Shown here one piece after another: positions 38,880 to 52,022 of a stretch of 64,000 bases of DNA; within the stretch, counting starts at the first letter, position 1, and each line of letters begins with the position of its first letter. The notes under the pieces were generated by a model that was given only the letters and a program-made list of their open reading frames with translations, was not told the origin of the DNA and did no database searches. Source of the DNA: Antedon mediterranea (Eukaryota > Animalia > Echinodermata); assembly GCF_964355755.1 (NCBI RefSeq), contig NC_092677.1, positions 21,873,175-21,937,174 of the forward strand. The letters are read 5' to 3'. Both the position numbers and the translations under genes were made by a program.

Positions 38880-41800
38880 TAGGTGATCATTTTTAGAATA
38901 AAATGATCACCTATTGTTATTGTACAAAATCTTTATTGGTTATCCGCAACGAAGTTGCAGGATAACCTCTTGTGATTGTACGAAATCAACCTGTATGATT
39001 TTTGTGTAACGCTTTTCTCTAAAACTCGCAAACATAACATTTCGGTAACTATCTTAACATATTGACATTTACGTAACGTCGTCAAGCGAAGCTTTTCATG
39101 ACGTTTACAATTGCGCAACGTGACTTACGCGCGATTTAACGATTTTGTCGTATTTAACATAGCTCGACAACCAAATAACATTTCAACTTGAAACTTTGCA
39201 AAAGTTTAATTTATATCATGCGCTAACTTTCTGTTGAAAAAAAATTGCGTGTTTTACACAAAGTTACGCGCGCACGCGCATTTAAATTTTCAAAAGGCGC
39301 AAAATTAATTTCTAATCAACTTTCTACGCGTTTCATGTCGTTTTAAGCATGTCAAAAATTCCCACGCGTGCGCACATTTTTACGTGTGCGGTGCGCACGT
39401 AGTATTGAAAACGTACTTTTTTCACGTGATTTATATTTTTCCAGCCTTTTCTAGTAATTTTAACAAATTTTAAACAATTTCGACTTAAAGATACGTCATA
39501 CGAGCACGTCGAATTGGACAATTTGCGCGCGTTTTTTATGAAAAGGTTAAAAAATTCGTTTAAAATATGCCTTTTTTTAAACAGTCGTAATTTCTAAACT
39601 AGACGGTCAACTTTTTGTGGATGGCATATTCTGGAAGTAGATGAGTTGTAGATATCGGATCAGGTATTAATATGGCTAACCGGACATTGTGACGTCATCG
39701 TATGGCCACGCGAATATAAAATTTATGATTTTTGTATCTTTCGTCATAGCTCATCACATTGAATAGAGCGCATCTCCACTTATCCGTTTTCCATTTTCAC
39801 CCCGATTTTGATTTTGTCTAGGTCAATCAAGTATCTTTCGCCTGAGTTAAAAATATTTTAATTTTTTTTACGTCATCATGCCTAAAAATTTAAATTACTT
39901 GTGGCATTAATTTCATCTTTACAGTAAATTTTATTCTGTTATAGCTCGTAAGAATAAAATCTGATAATCACGATTAAAACGTTTTCTAGAAGCTATTTGA
40001 TTGCAGATAGGAAATCATGTGAAAATTTTGCCAATCGGATGTTGTGACGTCATCATATGGCCAGTTAAATAAAAAAGGTCGTATTTTTATCTTTTGCGTC
40101 ATAATTCATTACATTTAAAAGAGCGCGCATCAATATTTCACGTATTCAAATTTCTTCTACACGCTAATACGTTGTTGCTGAGATAATTTCCTTTCGGAAT
40201 TGCTACCTTAGTGTTTCATTTTGATACTGTCTCCATGTTAAAAATTGAAATAAATGGCGGGTCCCGTAATTTCACCTATTCTACACTGTATATAATATAT
40301 ATACAGATTATACTGTTTGTACTATATACTATATGACTCAAAATTGACAGAATTCAACACTAACAACTATTATCATATTCATCAGTTCAGGTCATAATGC
40401 CATAATCTTTTTCTGTGTGGAATATTCCAACGTATGACGTGCACGTGGCGTTTGTCGTGCGGATAACTAACTCGTCAAAGTGACGAGTTACATGTCTAGT
40501 TGTTATTGTTATTATTCTTCTTTCTGTACACTTTTTGTTCGTCAAATATCTCAAAAAGTTGAATAGCAATGATCACAAAAATTTCACAATGTCTTTCAAA
40601 TACTTTAACTTAGCCATAATAAGCTTTTCAGCGTGATCACTCAACCGTGACGTCACGTATACGCGATTTTGTAAAATCACAATATCAATCATATATCCAT
40701 AATTCATTATCACATATTTATGAAATTCACAACACGTAAACTTCAGGTCAAGGTAAAAATATTAGCAAATAAAAACGCACGCGCACGTATAGACATGCGC
40801 GTGAAATCGCGCGTTAAAAATTTAAAAGGCTCAAAATTAAGTTTTGATCAATTTAGAGCATGAATTAGGCCATTTGCGTGTTTCAAAAAATTACTGCGCA
40901 AAAACACGTTTTTGCGCGCGCGATACTTAAAAAGCGTAAAAATACGATTTTTTTGTAGAAATCGCATTCTACTCACCATCCTTAGTACATTAACCAAATT
41001 TGAGTCAGTTCCGACTTAAAATAACGCTATACGAGCACGTTAAAAATGACAAAATGCGCACATTTATTTCACAAAAGTTCTGAAAATGGTGAAAAATATG
41101 TCTTTTTTAAAATGAAAATAACTCTTCAGAATGCACGATGACACCTAAGTTTTTTAACTTATTCGGGAAGCCATTGAGTTGTAGATATAAATGTATATAC
41201 ACATTAGACGTAAAAAATGGTATTACGTCATCAAATGGCCACTTGAATTTAACAATTAGGATTTTTTTCCGTTTTGTTTAGGTTATCACATTCAATAGAG
41301 CGCATCTCCGCTATTTGACCTCGATTTTCGCACAAATTTCAGTGTGTGCTTGCTTAATTATTTATCTTTCTCATAAGTTGTCAGTGTTGTCATTTTGATG
41401 ACGTCATCACGCGTAAAAATTTGAATAACGTAGGTCGTGTAATTTCACCTTCGCCGTAAATTTGAATATCTTACAGCTCTTCAGAATTGAAGGTTACCTT
41501 GACGATTATAATTTATTATGAAAGCTGATGAAATGTAGATATGAATTCATATAAAAACCAAGCGTATCAGATGTTGTGACGTTAACATATGGCCAGATGA
41601 AGTTAAAAAGTAGTTTTTTCATCTTTTTCGTCAAAGTTATACAAATTTCAAAGAGCGCGCACAGCGTTTCTACGTGCCAGATTCTCTTCCAATTCTTATA
41701 TTTATTTGCTCAATTTATTATCTTTCGAAATTGTCATCTTTGAGTTTATTTTGATAATTCCATCATACCAAAAAATTAGAACATGATGTGTGTCCCGTAA

Positions 41801-42034
41801 TTTCACCTATGCTACACTGTGTATAGATATACAGTATATACTGTACATATTGTATATGGCATATAATAGGCACAACTCAGCGATATAAGATTATGCATCA
41901 TGTCATAGGATGGCGTACATCAACTTTTTACGATCGTATGTTAACGTACATGCATGTTTAAAAAATGTTAATTTCATTAAAATGATAACAATGATCACCT
42001 ATAATTCGTCAAAGTGACGAATTAAATTCTAGTT
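38880..42034 (+). mobile_element. Helentron-like non-autonomous element (HINE/DINE-1-type), two tandem diverged units
   Basis: 5' TAGGTGATCAT with a nearby inverted copy ATGATCACCTA followed by (TTATTG)-like sequence. 3' ATGATCACCTA (41991), hairpin TAATTCGTCA-AAG-TGACGAATTA, then CTAGT. A second hairpin plus CTAGT lies at 40468-40500. Further 5' ends occur at 33501, 42065 and 42120. Confidence 0.75.
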
Positions 42035-42179
42035 ATTGTTATTTCTTTAGAAACAATGATTTATTAGGTGATCATTAAGAATAGAATGATTACCTATTGT
42101 TATTGTATGAAATCTTTATTAGGTGATCATTTAATAGAATAAAATTATAATAATATTTAAAAATTGTAATAATATGAAA

Positions 42180-44890
42180 CATTTTTCCATTAATACCCAT
42201 GTTTTTACATGTGTAAAACAACCCATCTCACCAAACAGTGTCAAACGCTTTGCCGAAGTCCATAAATGCAAGAAATGTCTTTTCCCTTCCGCTTGGCGAC
42301 AACAATTATACTTTTTAATATAAAAATATGGTCTTCACACCTTTTATCTTTTCTAAACCCACCCTGAACTTCCGATAACAAATTATGTTCTTCAATGAAG
42401 TTTGACACTACTTTTATTATATTTTTTAGATACAGTAGAGTTTAAAGGTGGGGGGGGGGGGGGGTTTTGGGTTTAAAATGAATAGTAAAAAATGTAAAAT
42501 ATATTTGTTTGTCTATTGAACGGTAAAAGTTTCAATTTATATAAGTGCCCAGTAAAGCAGAATGAAGGCTGTGAAATAAGGCCACATTACAAGTACAGCT
42601 ACGGCAAAATCACACTGTGGTTACAGAATAGGAAATTTGTGAAATGGTCAATCTTCCGACGACTCGTTATCTAACCATATCAATTACTTTTGTAAAATTA
42701 TACTTATCTGATGGAATTTTAGTCGATCTTCCCATTTTATAAAGTCAATTTTCTATGAAAATTCATCAAAACAGTGAAAAGTTAGATATGTTTGCACTTT
42801 ACGTTTGCCGATTTTCGCCTTGACGATTTTCGCCTTGACTTAGGGAAAGCCATCAAAATCAATGAAGCGTAACGTATACTTTACATTCCTGCTGAGGAGC
42901 GAGACGACGATACACATGCTTCTCTGCCCATGCCTAGCATCGTCACGTGATAACCAGATACAGTATACAATACCAAACTGGTCGGGTCGAGTATACCCCA
43001 TCTATAATCACAACATGAACGATGTACAGTATTTGATTGAAGGTCAACTCAACCTACCGGAATGGTATAGATAATATAGCTCGAATGAGAGAGTTGGAAA
43101 ATTTGTAAACATAAGTATTGCTAATTTTAAAAAGTGTAGCCTATAGTAAAAGGCCTGGTAGTATCAATTCGCATAGGGTCTACTATACTAGCTAGCTCAA
43201 TTTTTAACTGGGCCGGATCCGCTAGGTCTCCTTCCTACTACCTGGTCTACTTGCTTGATGCAGTATCCGCTTTTTTTGGAGAGTAAACTAGGCTTATTTT
43301 AGGCCTACTTAGACGATCGGGACACCATACGTGCGGACGGCGATCGGACCTGGTTTTGCCTCAATATTTACAGCCGATTTTGTAGACAGTTTTAGGTTTA
43401 GATTGTTTAGGAGTTTGGTTGATAGGATGGGTTTGGAATCCACTCAGTTTTGTTATTTATGGGCCTATCGTCTAGTAGTAAGCTAGTCAGAATGGCACTC
43501 ACCCATGAAAAAAAAAATGATTTAGGCTAGGCCTAGTACCTGAAACCGATAATACGATCTGTACTATAGAGGTATAAAAATAGTATAATTTATGACTCCG
43601 TAATCGGTACTAAATTTTGTATTTCATTAAATGTCAAATAAATATATGCTACTACTGTTATTATTACACTTTAGGCCTAGCTTAGAAAATCTACAAAAAA
43701 TGTATTTCACAATGATCGGGTAGTCGTCGTTTGACAGGAGAGAGATGTAAATTAGTTGACAAACACAACGTACATGACGTCGCGAGTTTGGAATCCACTG
43801 ATGACGTGATTTTGTGAATATCTCATGAATATTAATGAGCTACCCTAAGCTGCTGAAAAAACAGACTTTCCATGAATTTACCCTAAAATAAATGTATATG
43901 AAATTAAAATTTTTTTAATTTCTCGTTATTACTTCTTCATTCTGACATGTCTATATTGTTATAATGTTTTTTATTTAATAAACGATATTTAAAAGCAATT
44001 TTAAACCTAGAATCTCCCTTTAAGGTTATGCCTCTGTAATTTCTTAACTCTTTGCGATCACCCTTTTTATGTATTGGTATAATCTTACCAATGTTCTATT
44101 CCTCGGGTATAGTTTCAAGTGTAGATAATAATAACTTATATATTGTTTCTACCATTTCTGAACCTCCATTTTTTAATAGCTCATTGGTTATTGAGTCATC
44201 ACCAGGACTCATATTATTTTTACATTTTGATATAGCATATTCGATATCTTTATGAGAGAAAATAAATTCTAATAATGGTGAGTTATCACCAATGGGATAT
44301 CGTAATAGAGGTTCATAATAAAGGTAATTATTGTTAGTACTTAATTTATGTTTATTAATACTACTAAAGTAAGTTTTAATGAGTAGTAACATTTTTTGTA
44401 CTGGAATAAAGATAGAATTAGGCGTGACTAGGGGTGTTTTATCTTTGAGCTCCTAAAATCTCTGCATTGACACCTCCTTTAATTCATAATTTCGGAACAT
44501 CTATGTACTTTCTTTTGTATTATTTTTTGTTTTGTCAGTGATTTGCATTGTTTTCTTATTTCTTGGTACTCTTTCCATAGAGAATCGCATACCTCTTGTT
44601 TAAATGTATTAGTATTTTTAGTTTTTTGGTAAATTCTATGGGGTCTACAAGCATCTTTCCTTTTTTTGATACAACTGTCAATTTCTTCATCATACCAACA
44701 ATTACGTTTTTTATTAATATTCGGATGTGGTTTCTGCTACCATAATTAAATTATTTTTCCATATACTCCATGCTTCATTTGTGTTTAAATTTGAGGTGTC
44801 CCAGTTTTCAAATTTGTTTTTAATTTCTTCCCTGAAAGGTTCCCAGTCAGTATTTTTATCTCTATTCCAACTAACTTTATTGTTTTTAAT
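42180..44890 (-). mobile_element. Decayed non-LTR retrotransposon RT region, split by an insertion
   Basis: The minus strand reads SPGDDSITNELLK..., IIPIHKKGDRKELRNYRGIT | LNSTVSK...EVQGGFRKDKRCEDHIFILKSII...KTFLAFMDFGKAFDTV, with stops and frameshifts. Confidence 0.85.
42446..44019. mobile_element. Kolobok-like non-autonomous element inserted in the LINE
   Basis: TTAA at 42442-42445 and 44020-44023, with AG...CT termini. Removing the element restores the RT frame NYRGITLNSTVSK. Confidence 0.8.
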
Positions 44891-44981
44891 CACTCATCTG
44901 TGACTCATCTGTGAAGTCATTTATACACCATTTTGTGAAATCACAATATCAGTTTAAATATCTGTATAACTCGTGATCACA

Positions 44982-45956
44982 TATTATACAGATATTGACT
45001 GCTTAGAGGTTAAATATAAGATTTGACATCCCCGAGGGAATGATATTAAGTTCAAGGGAATATATATTTCCCGAAGCGCCAGCTGAGGGAAATATATATT
45101 CCCCGAGAACTTAATATCATTCCCGAGGGGATGTCAAATCTTATATTTAACCGATATAAAAGGCAATATCTGTTATATTATTATATTATATAGCCAAGAA
45201 CAAGTCTGCTGGGTTGGGTGAAGCTAGGCTAGGCCTCCTATAGTATTTGTATTGTATTTAAACAAGCCTGCCTAGACACCTTACCTTGCGAAGAAATATA
45301 CAGATAATTACTAATTAATGATTCCTTGGCAATAAAATATTCACTTAGGCCTAGGTCGTTTAAATTAACAGAAGAATTTCCATCAATAAGCCTATTAAAA
45401 ATAATAATATTATAATCAGGTAGGCCGAATAAACAATTCGTCTTCTTCTCGATCTTTGAGGAGCCGAATCACCGGATGTTCAGCGCGTACTAGTTACTAG
45501 GTTACTACCGTGAGTATTGACCAATCACAAACGGTTTTTCATCACATTTAGGGTGGACTTATAACAAATGAGGGCGCTATGTATGCATAGTTTAAATAGT
45601 TTAGATGATTAATTTATTCAAGCAACTTCCGTGGCGCAGCGGTTGAAGCGTTGTCTTGCGATGGAGTGACAATTCCACCCGAGTTCAAGATCGAGTAGAT
45701 GACTTTTGTTTATTTATCGGCAACGCGAGTGTTGGCACACGAAAATTACACAGTCAATATCATCGTACTCGAGAATCTATATGTTTAATGACAGGGGACA
45801 CGATAATTACGCGAAATTTACACAGTCAATATCATCGTTCTCGAGGATATATACGATTTACGATCCTCGCAGCGGTAGTCATGTGATGCAGTTTCAACCA
45901 ATCACGTTAGCGTATTTACATAGGCTATGTAATATTGTACAATATGTCATTTTAAA
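44982..45956 (+). mobile_element. ~1 kb repeat with a long subterminal palindrome (Crypton-like, tentative), copy 1
   Basis: About 145-bp hairpin at 45008-45152 around GAAGCGCCAGCTGA. A highly similar inverted copy lies at 60469-61402. No TIR pair or TSD seen. Confidence 0.75.
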
Positions 45957-47133
45957 GTAATGTAAAGCAAAAAATAGTCAAATTAGCTGCCAGTCAATCG
46001 GTTTTTGGTTGAATTTAACCATTTTTGTTGTCATTTTATATTAGTGAGAACATTACTTTTTTTTCATTTTTTTTCTACAAAAGTGATTAACTTTATTAAA
46101 ACTAAAAAATAACCTATTTCCGACCAAAATAAACAAAAACATCAGTCGTATTCCGATAACGAACAATATTTGAAAATGCAGATACAAATTTTGTTCTGGG
46201 CTTTAATTTTTCGTCCCAAATGAGAATTTTCAGGCCGTGGAGGTGAACCGATCGTTTATGAGATGCTTTTGTGTATAAAAATGTCCAATAATAATTATCA
46301 TTGTAGGACTACTCTCCACCAAAAAACTTTATATTAGAATTATTTAATACGTCATGTCTTTAAAAAAATCACACTCCAACATCTCATACACTATTTTATT
46401 TAATGAAATGTGATTGGAACAAGGCCATACATAGCTGCAGTCGCGTGCTCAAATTTGAGTTAATGTTTACCGACCGACCAACCAACCGACCGACCATCCG
46501 ACCAAAAATGGGAATCACTTTAACTTTAGAATACTCTGAATTCTGAAAGACGGCTTCGAACCTAAAGAATCACAATTGATGACGTTTATTGGCTCATAAA
46601 CTTCACACATCGGTACGATGTGGAGGCCAGACGGATTCATTGAGGATCAAACCGGCTCCTCCTCCTCCCATTGGCAGTGAGGGAAGCGGTAGGTGGCGCC
46701 TGATGAAAAGAGATGAATGAAAAATGAAAGATTCAGATTAATCCCAAACCAACCCCTTTGGTATGCTCTTTTTTGGAGAGTGTAACAGGTATCATCTTTT
46801 GTATACACGAAATGGTTTATCTAATAATAATAATAACTAACAAACCGCATCAGGTTTCATTTAATTATTATTAATACCTTATATGGGGGGAGGGGAAGGG
46901 TTGGTTCGCCCAAACCAGCTAGGCCTACAAAACTAAACCCAGCTAGGCTAGGCCTAAACACTGTCCACAAGAGGACATTTGGTTTCAAGGAATGACCTGG
47001 TTTAATGTTAAAAAATTATTTATATAAGGATTATTTTTACTTTTTTTTTTTGCAGCAACAATTGTAGGGAATGGGTCTTTTGTCAGGAATTGCACTGTTT
47101 TTGTAAATACTACTAACTATTTTATTTCAACAG

Positions 47134-47277
47134 ACATTAAATGGAATTCCTAATCAAGATACATTTTATGACATAACTGATGCTTTAGAAGAACAGAACA
47201 TTGAAGCAGTTAGTCAAAAGTTTATGAAGAGAAGAGGTGCAGATTTGGATTTATTAGAACAGTTCAGATTATATGAG
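47134..47277 (+). CDS. FHOD3: FHOD exon: TLNGIPNQDTFYDITDALEEQNIEAVSQKFMKRRGADLDLLEQFRLYE
   Basis: TTTCAACAG acceptor and GTTTGT donor, 144 nt, phase 0 to 0. Conserved P.QDTFYD..D.LEE and DLDL.EQ...YE. Confidence 0.97.
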
Positions 47278-47304
47278 GTTTGTTTTTGTTTTTTGTTTGG
47301 GATA

Positions 47305-47560
47305 TTTCCAGGCCTTGTAGCACAAGCTGGGGTAAATTTTCAGGGCTTTGTACAGTAGCACAAGTTAGGGTATATTTTCAGAGCCTTGTAGCACAAGTTA
47401 GGGTGTATTTTCAGGGCCTTGTAGCACAAGTTAGAGTAAATTTTTAGGGCCTTGTAGCACAAGTAATGGTATATATTTTCAGGAACTTGTAGTACAAGTT
47501 ATGGTATATTTTCTTGTATTACAACTTGGGGAATTTTTTTCAGGGCTGTGTAACGCAAGT
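47305..47560. repeat. Minisatellite, roughly 7 degenerate units of about 35-40 bp
   Basis: Repeated TTTTCAGGGCCTTGTAGCACAAGTTAGGGTATA-like unit immediately downstream of the exon donor. Confidence 0.85.
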
Positions 47561-48000
47561 AAAGCTCTCCATTTCTCCACAATATTAGCGATTTAGTTAA
47601 AAAGCTATATTTTATGTTTATTTGAAAATAATATATAGAGAAAAATGACTATTTAATTCCCAAATATTCACAAAAAGTTGAAATTTTTATTCAACAGACT
47701 TTATGGAAGCCATGCTTTTCCATTGTAAACAAAAGCATCAGCCAATCTGAGAGTGTATTTTCTTATAATAGCCAATCATGTCAATGATTCACAAACTCTT
47801 TTGTAGAAAGTTTTATCCCCTAGAGATTATGAGAGTTGATATATTTTCGAACAGATAGGTACCAAACATGACGTGATCTGTATTTTCAGATGAGGGTATA
47901 TTTTAAACATTTGGAACACTCAAAGGGGTCTCATAAAGAGTATTACTGTATTAATATTCACTTTAATGGAGTATGAATTTATTTTAATTGCTTATTTCAG

Positions 48001-48260
48001 ATGTCTCTCAAACAAGAGGATGGTGATTCTGATATTCCGATTGAACAACACCGAAACATGCGTAAAAATCGCAGAAGTGCCGATCCACAGATGAATGGAA
48101 AGATGCCACGCAAAAGTAAACGTAGTTCGCTACAGCCTACAATACAATATAGTCTTGACACCAGCCTAAACGAAGCCACTGAGCAGTCTCCAACCATCCA
48201 AACTGAAACTACTGAAAATAGTACTAAGATGACACCTTACCGTAGAAGAAGGGAAAGAAG
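48001..48260 (+). CDS. FHOD3: FHOD exon: MSLKQEDGDSDIPIEQHRN...TPYRRRRER(R)
   Basis: TTATTTCAG acceptor and GTAAAA donor at 48261, 260 nt, phase 0 to 2. L..EDGD ends the conserved FH3 region and is followed by a basic, Ser/Thr-rich linker. Confidence 0.92.
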
Positions 48261-51200
48261 GTAAAACTGGCTTGCAAACTTATTAGAAATTACACGAACT
48301 GAAGAAGTTACAAGAACCTAATTTGAAAGATTCACTAACAACATTATGGTGAAAATGCTCAATACTAACCGTCCAAATCACCATCTGAAAACTGAACAGT
48401 CAAAACTGCCTGAAATTTACGTTGCCCATGTGAGAGATTTTTTTACATACAGGTATTCTGATCGCTCAAATATATACATAGGACTATTGTAAACAGTAAT
48501 TTTTATACTTGCTACCGTACAGTTTAAAATTTAGTCCCAAATAAACACATCCTTTTACTATGCATCCATTATCTCAAACATACTTCAATTTCTGACAGAA
48601 CACAAATTCTTTTAGTCAATCACAAGGGCAGTTAGTTTTAGGAGAAGCTACTGTATACATATTCCAAGCAATGACATAAACACTATCAGGTTCAGTATTT
48701 CAATTTTGTTAGTAAATGATTAGACTAGACTAGATTTTTCGTCTGCTTTTAATACTATACAACCACATATTTTAATAAAGAAAATGAATATATTAGGTGT
48801 AAACCAGTCTATCATTTTATGGATCAATAATTTTTTAAGGGATCGGGAAAAATTTATCTGAAATTCGTACATGCAATACCAGAGCGCCCCAAGGCTGTGT
48901 CCTTTCACCAATTCTTTTCTCGTTATATACTAATAGTCCAGTCAATCTAATGATATACCCACCATAAATTGCAATAGTAACAAAGCAAGTATTTTTGAAT
49001 TCCATATAAAGTGTAGAGCAACATACTAAAAGTCACCGAAAATCCAAGCATTGGGTCAAGGGTCAGAGGTCAATAAAGGTCATTTTAAGTCAAAATTAAT
49101 ATGCCCCATTAATTACATATATTTAACCATTTGAAATACATTATATACAAGTTTGATTTATGTCATCCGAAAGCTTATTAAATTTCCTATTCAGTGATAT
49201 CAAACTTATAGTCATAACATGTTATTTAGAATGTCATTTTTGCGGAAAAACAAAACATAATGTGTCAATTTTGGCAAAAAATGTTGTTTTAGCTGTAATC
49301 AACAATGGTATACACACAGGGATACCCTGGGGTGAAAATTTCAGTCCAAAACGATACACTAATGACCAGCACAAGATGCAGATGAGTGACATCTCCGTTC
49401 CTGTTGCTTCTGGATGATCTACATTCCATTTTTTCCAGATGGCATTTGTGTTGCCATGGTTACAGTATTTATATTGGGATGTATAAGTATTTTAACGATT
49501 TTTTAACCAGTAGAAATACAAAGATGTTCAACAGCAGTTTGACAATGACCTCCATGTTGTATGACGTTCGGACCATCTGGACTGGATTGAAAGGGTTTCT
49601 ATGAGAAGCCTCAAAGAAAACCAGAGGTTTGGCAAGAGATATAGGAATGAGTACATCCAGACCAAATCTGCGCTGAAATGTATGTAATGCCTTGCAATAG
49701 TATCAGGGCGTTACTCCAGCAGCGGCCAACATAAGACCTTATGGCCACACGTCAGGGACACAATGGCAATTGAAAAATACATTTGGTTACGACTCAGAGA
49801 CTTCATACCATTGATACGGGAGACTGCAGGTGATTTGGAATATAAGCAATGTGGTATTAAGCATTGAATATTTTGGCCAGAAAGTCTTGCAATGTATTTA
49901 AGATCCTGGCAATCAAGTCATATGTACATACAGGCAAATATGTGTGCATTGATCCTACAGTTCCAGAGGAGACTCGAGGTGACAACATGGACATGAACTT
50001 TGTTATCCACCAGCACTTTTTGAAACTACCAACTTACAATACTTTCAGCTAATAAACCAACATGATGCTATGTGGAAACAACTTCTTCTGAATAGTCTAA
50101 CACATCCAAATCACTGAATGATGTCCAGTAGGCCTACATTCTAGATGGTAGTGCTCTACTGCACAGCATTCCATGGAATAGTGTAGAGATCTGTAAAAAA
50201 TATTGCTCTGCCATCATAGTCTTTGATGATTATGAAAGCGGTTCATACACCAAAGACGGCGCACATGGTAAGGCGTGTCAGGTGGTAGTGTCCCTGTACA
50301 TTTTACCAGTGACATGTTCCACAAAATTAGATCACTTTCTGTAACAAACAACAATTTATAAATCTTCGTAACTAGTATTTGAACAACATGGCAATGAGTG
50401 AATGCAACTGCTGATGCAGATGTTCTTTCGGATAGTACAAAAAACCATTGAATCAGCAAACAGGAAAACATCTGTCATTATCCGATGACACGGATCTACT
50501 AGTGCTCCTCTGCAGTCAAGCATTTAAAACATATTGTGATATTCTTTAGACTGGAACTGAGATGCTGGACTATCAAACTGGTTCAAACAGTACTTTTGAG
50601 AGACATCTGTGATAACCTTCTGTTTGCTCATGCGATACTGGTGACACAACATCCAGAGTTTTCAGAATTGGCTCTAAAAAAAGCTTGTCATTGCACTTAT
50701 TTCTTACATTATGCTGTAGTCTTCAGATGCAAACAAGCTACAAAGGATGACATTGTGATTGCTAGAGAAAATGATTTAGTGTGTCTGTACAATGGACGAC
50801 CTGGAAAACGTGGAATGCCTTTGACTCCATCCCATCTACAAGTACAACCTCGCATATCGCCAACTTCATAATCGTACCACAACCAAGGTACTTAACATCA
50901 TGTTCAAGTTCAAGTTATCTTTTAGCAATGGAGTGGGGTTGATATGTGTACCGAGGATTGGGGATGGAAGATCAGATGATGGAAACATGGTTCCTCTACA
51001 CACAGACTTAAAGCCAGCACCTGAGTATCTCCTTGAAGCATTCAGGGGTAACTAGAACTACAAGTGGTGAATGCAATGGCATTTCACTGTACTAATACCC
51101 GAACAAGAAAGTGATACATATAAGTTGTGAGTCCTTTTCTATTTGAAGGGTTTAACAATATCATCCCACACGGAGCAATTCAAATAAAAAGGTCTGGATT

Positions 51201-51559
51201 AAAATGATCCTACAAAATATACAAAAATATCACAATACACAGTACAATATAACAAGAGTCAAAGTTCAAGAAGAGTCGGATGGCAACTGGCAAAAACGAA
51301 TTTCTTTTCCGGTTTGTTCTACATGCATCGAAAGCGACACCCATGAGGCATAAGCTCGAAATCACTGAACAAGGCATGGTTAACATTTTTTAGAATAGCT
51401 CTACTTTTTTCTAGAGTTTGCATGTCACAGAAGGAAGATAAGCTACAAAGTTGACAACCTATTAATTTAGAACTTAAGTTAACAATTCTTTGTAGTGAGT
51501 TTCTCTCTTTGACCCTAAGACTAAAAAACCAGCATATAAAGGAAAAAAGTTAAAACGTT

Positions 51560-51845
51560 CTTAATAAAGGAATTATAAAAAAACCTGAGAATTACTTTAT
51601 CTATCGACATTAAAATGGTTCAGCTTCCTTAACAGATAAAGTCTCTGGTGTCCTTTCTTTACTATTCATGCCTCTGTATTTAATTCCCAGCTGAGATTGT
51701 CCTCAAATATAGTACCTAGGTATTTAAAGGAATGGACAATATCGCTGGTTCGTCATTTATGAGGGATACCAGAGGGCTGCGTCCTTTCTCCTTCCTAAAA
51801 TCTACAATCATGTCCTTGGTTTTGGTCACATTGGGTTTTAGAGTA
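51560..51845 (-). mobile_element. Non-LTR RT C-terminal fragment (Rex1/Babar-like)
   Basis: The minus strand gives NVTKTKDMIVDFRKEK... and IVHSFKYLGTI. Confidence 0.7.
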
Positions 51846-52022
51846 AGCAATACATATTATACACATTTGTAGTTATTTAGATGTTATTGGCAGGCATAAA
51901 ATAATGTTACCTACTACTACACTACCTGTTGTTGATAACAATTTATCATTATCATAGGATTATTTTTATTATTGTTATTATTATTTATTTATTTATTATA
52001 AGTGCATAATTAATTCAAAATA

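Noticed and set aside
45625-45705. Functional tRNA gene
   Set aside because: Only A- and B-box-like motifs are present. No convincing acceptor stem or cloverleaf, and the sequence is embedded in a repeat.
45706-45960. Duplicated small protein gene (MFIYRQ..., also 60470-60709)
   Set aside because: The similarity reflects the two repeat copies. The starts are non-ATG, an indel alters the C-terminus, and no domain is recognisable.
48001-48264. Stand-alone 87-aa gene starting at ATG 48001
   Set aside because: The ATG directly follows a splice acceptor and continues the FHOD frame, so it is an internal exon.
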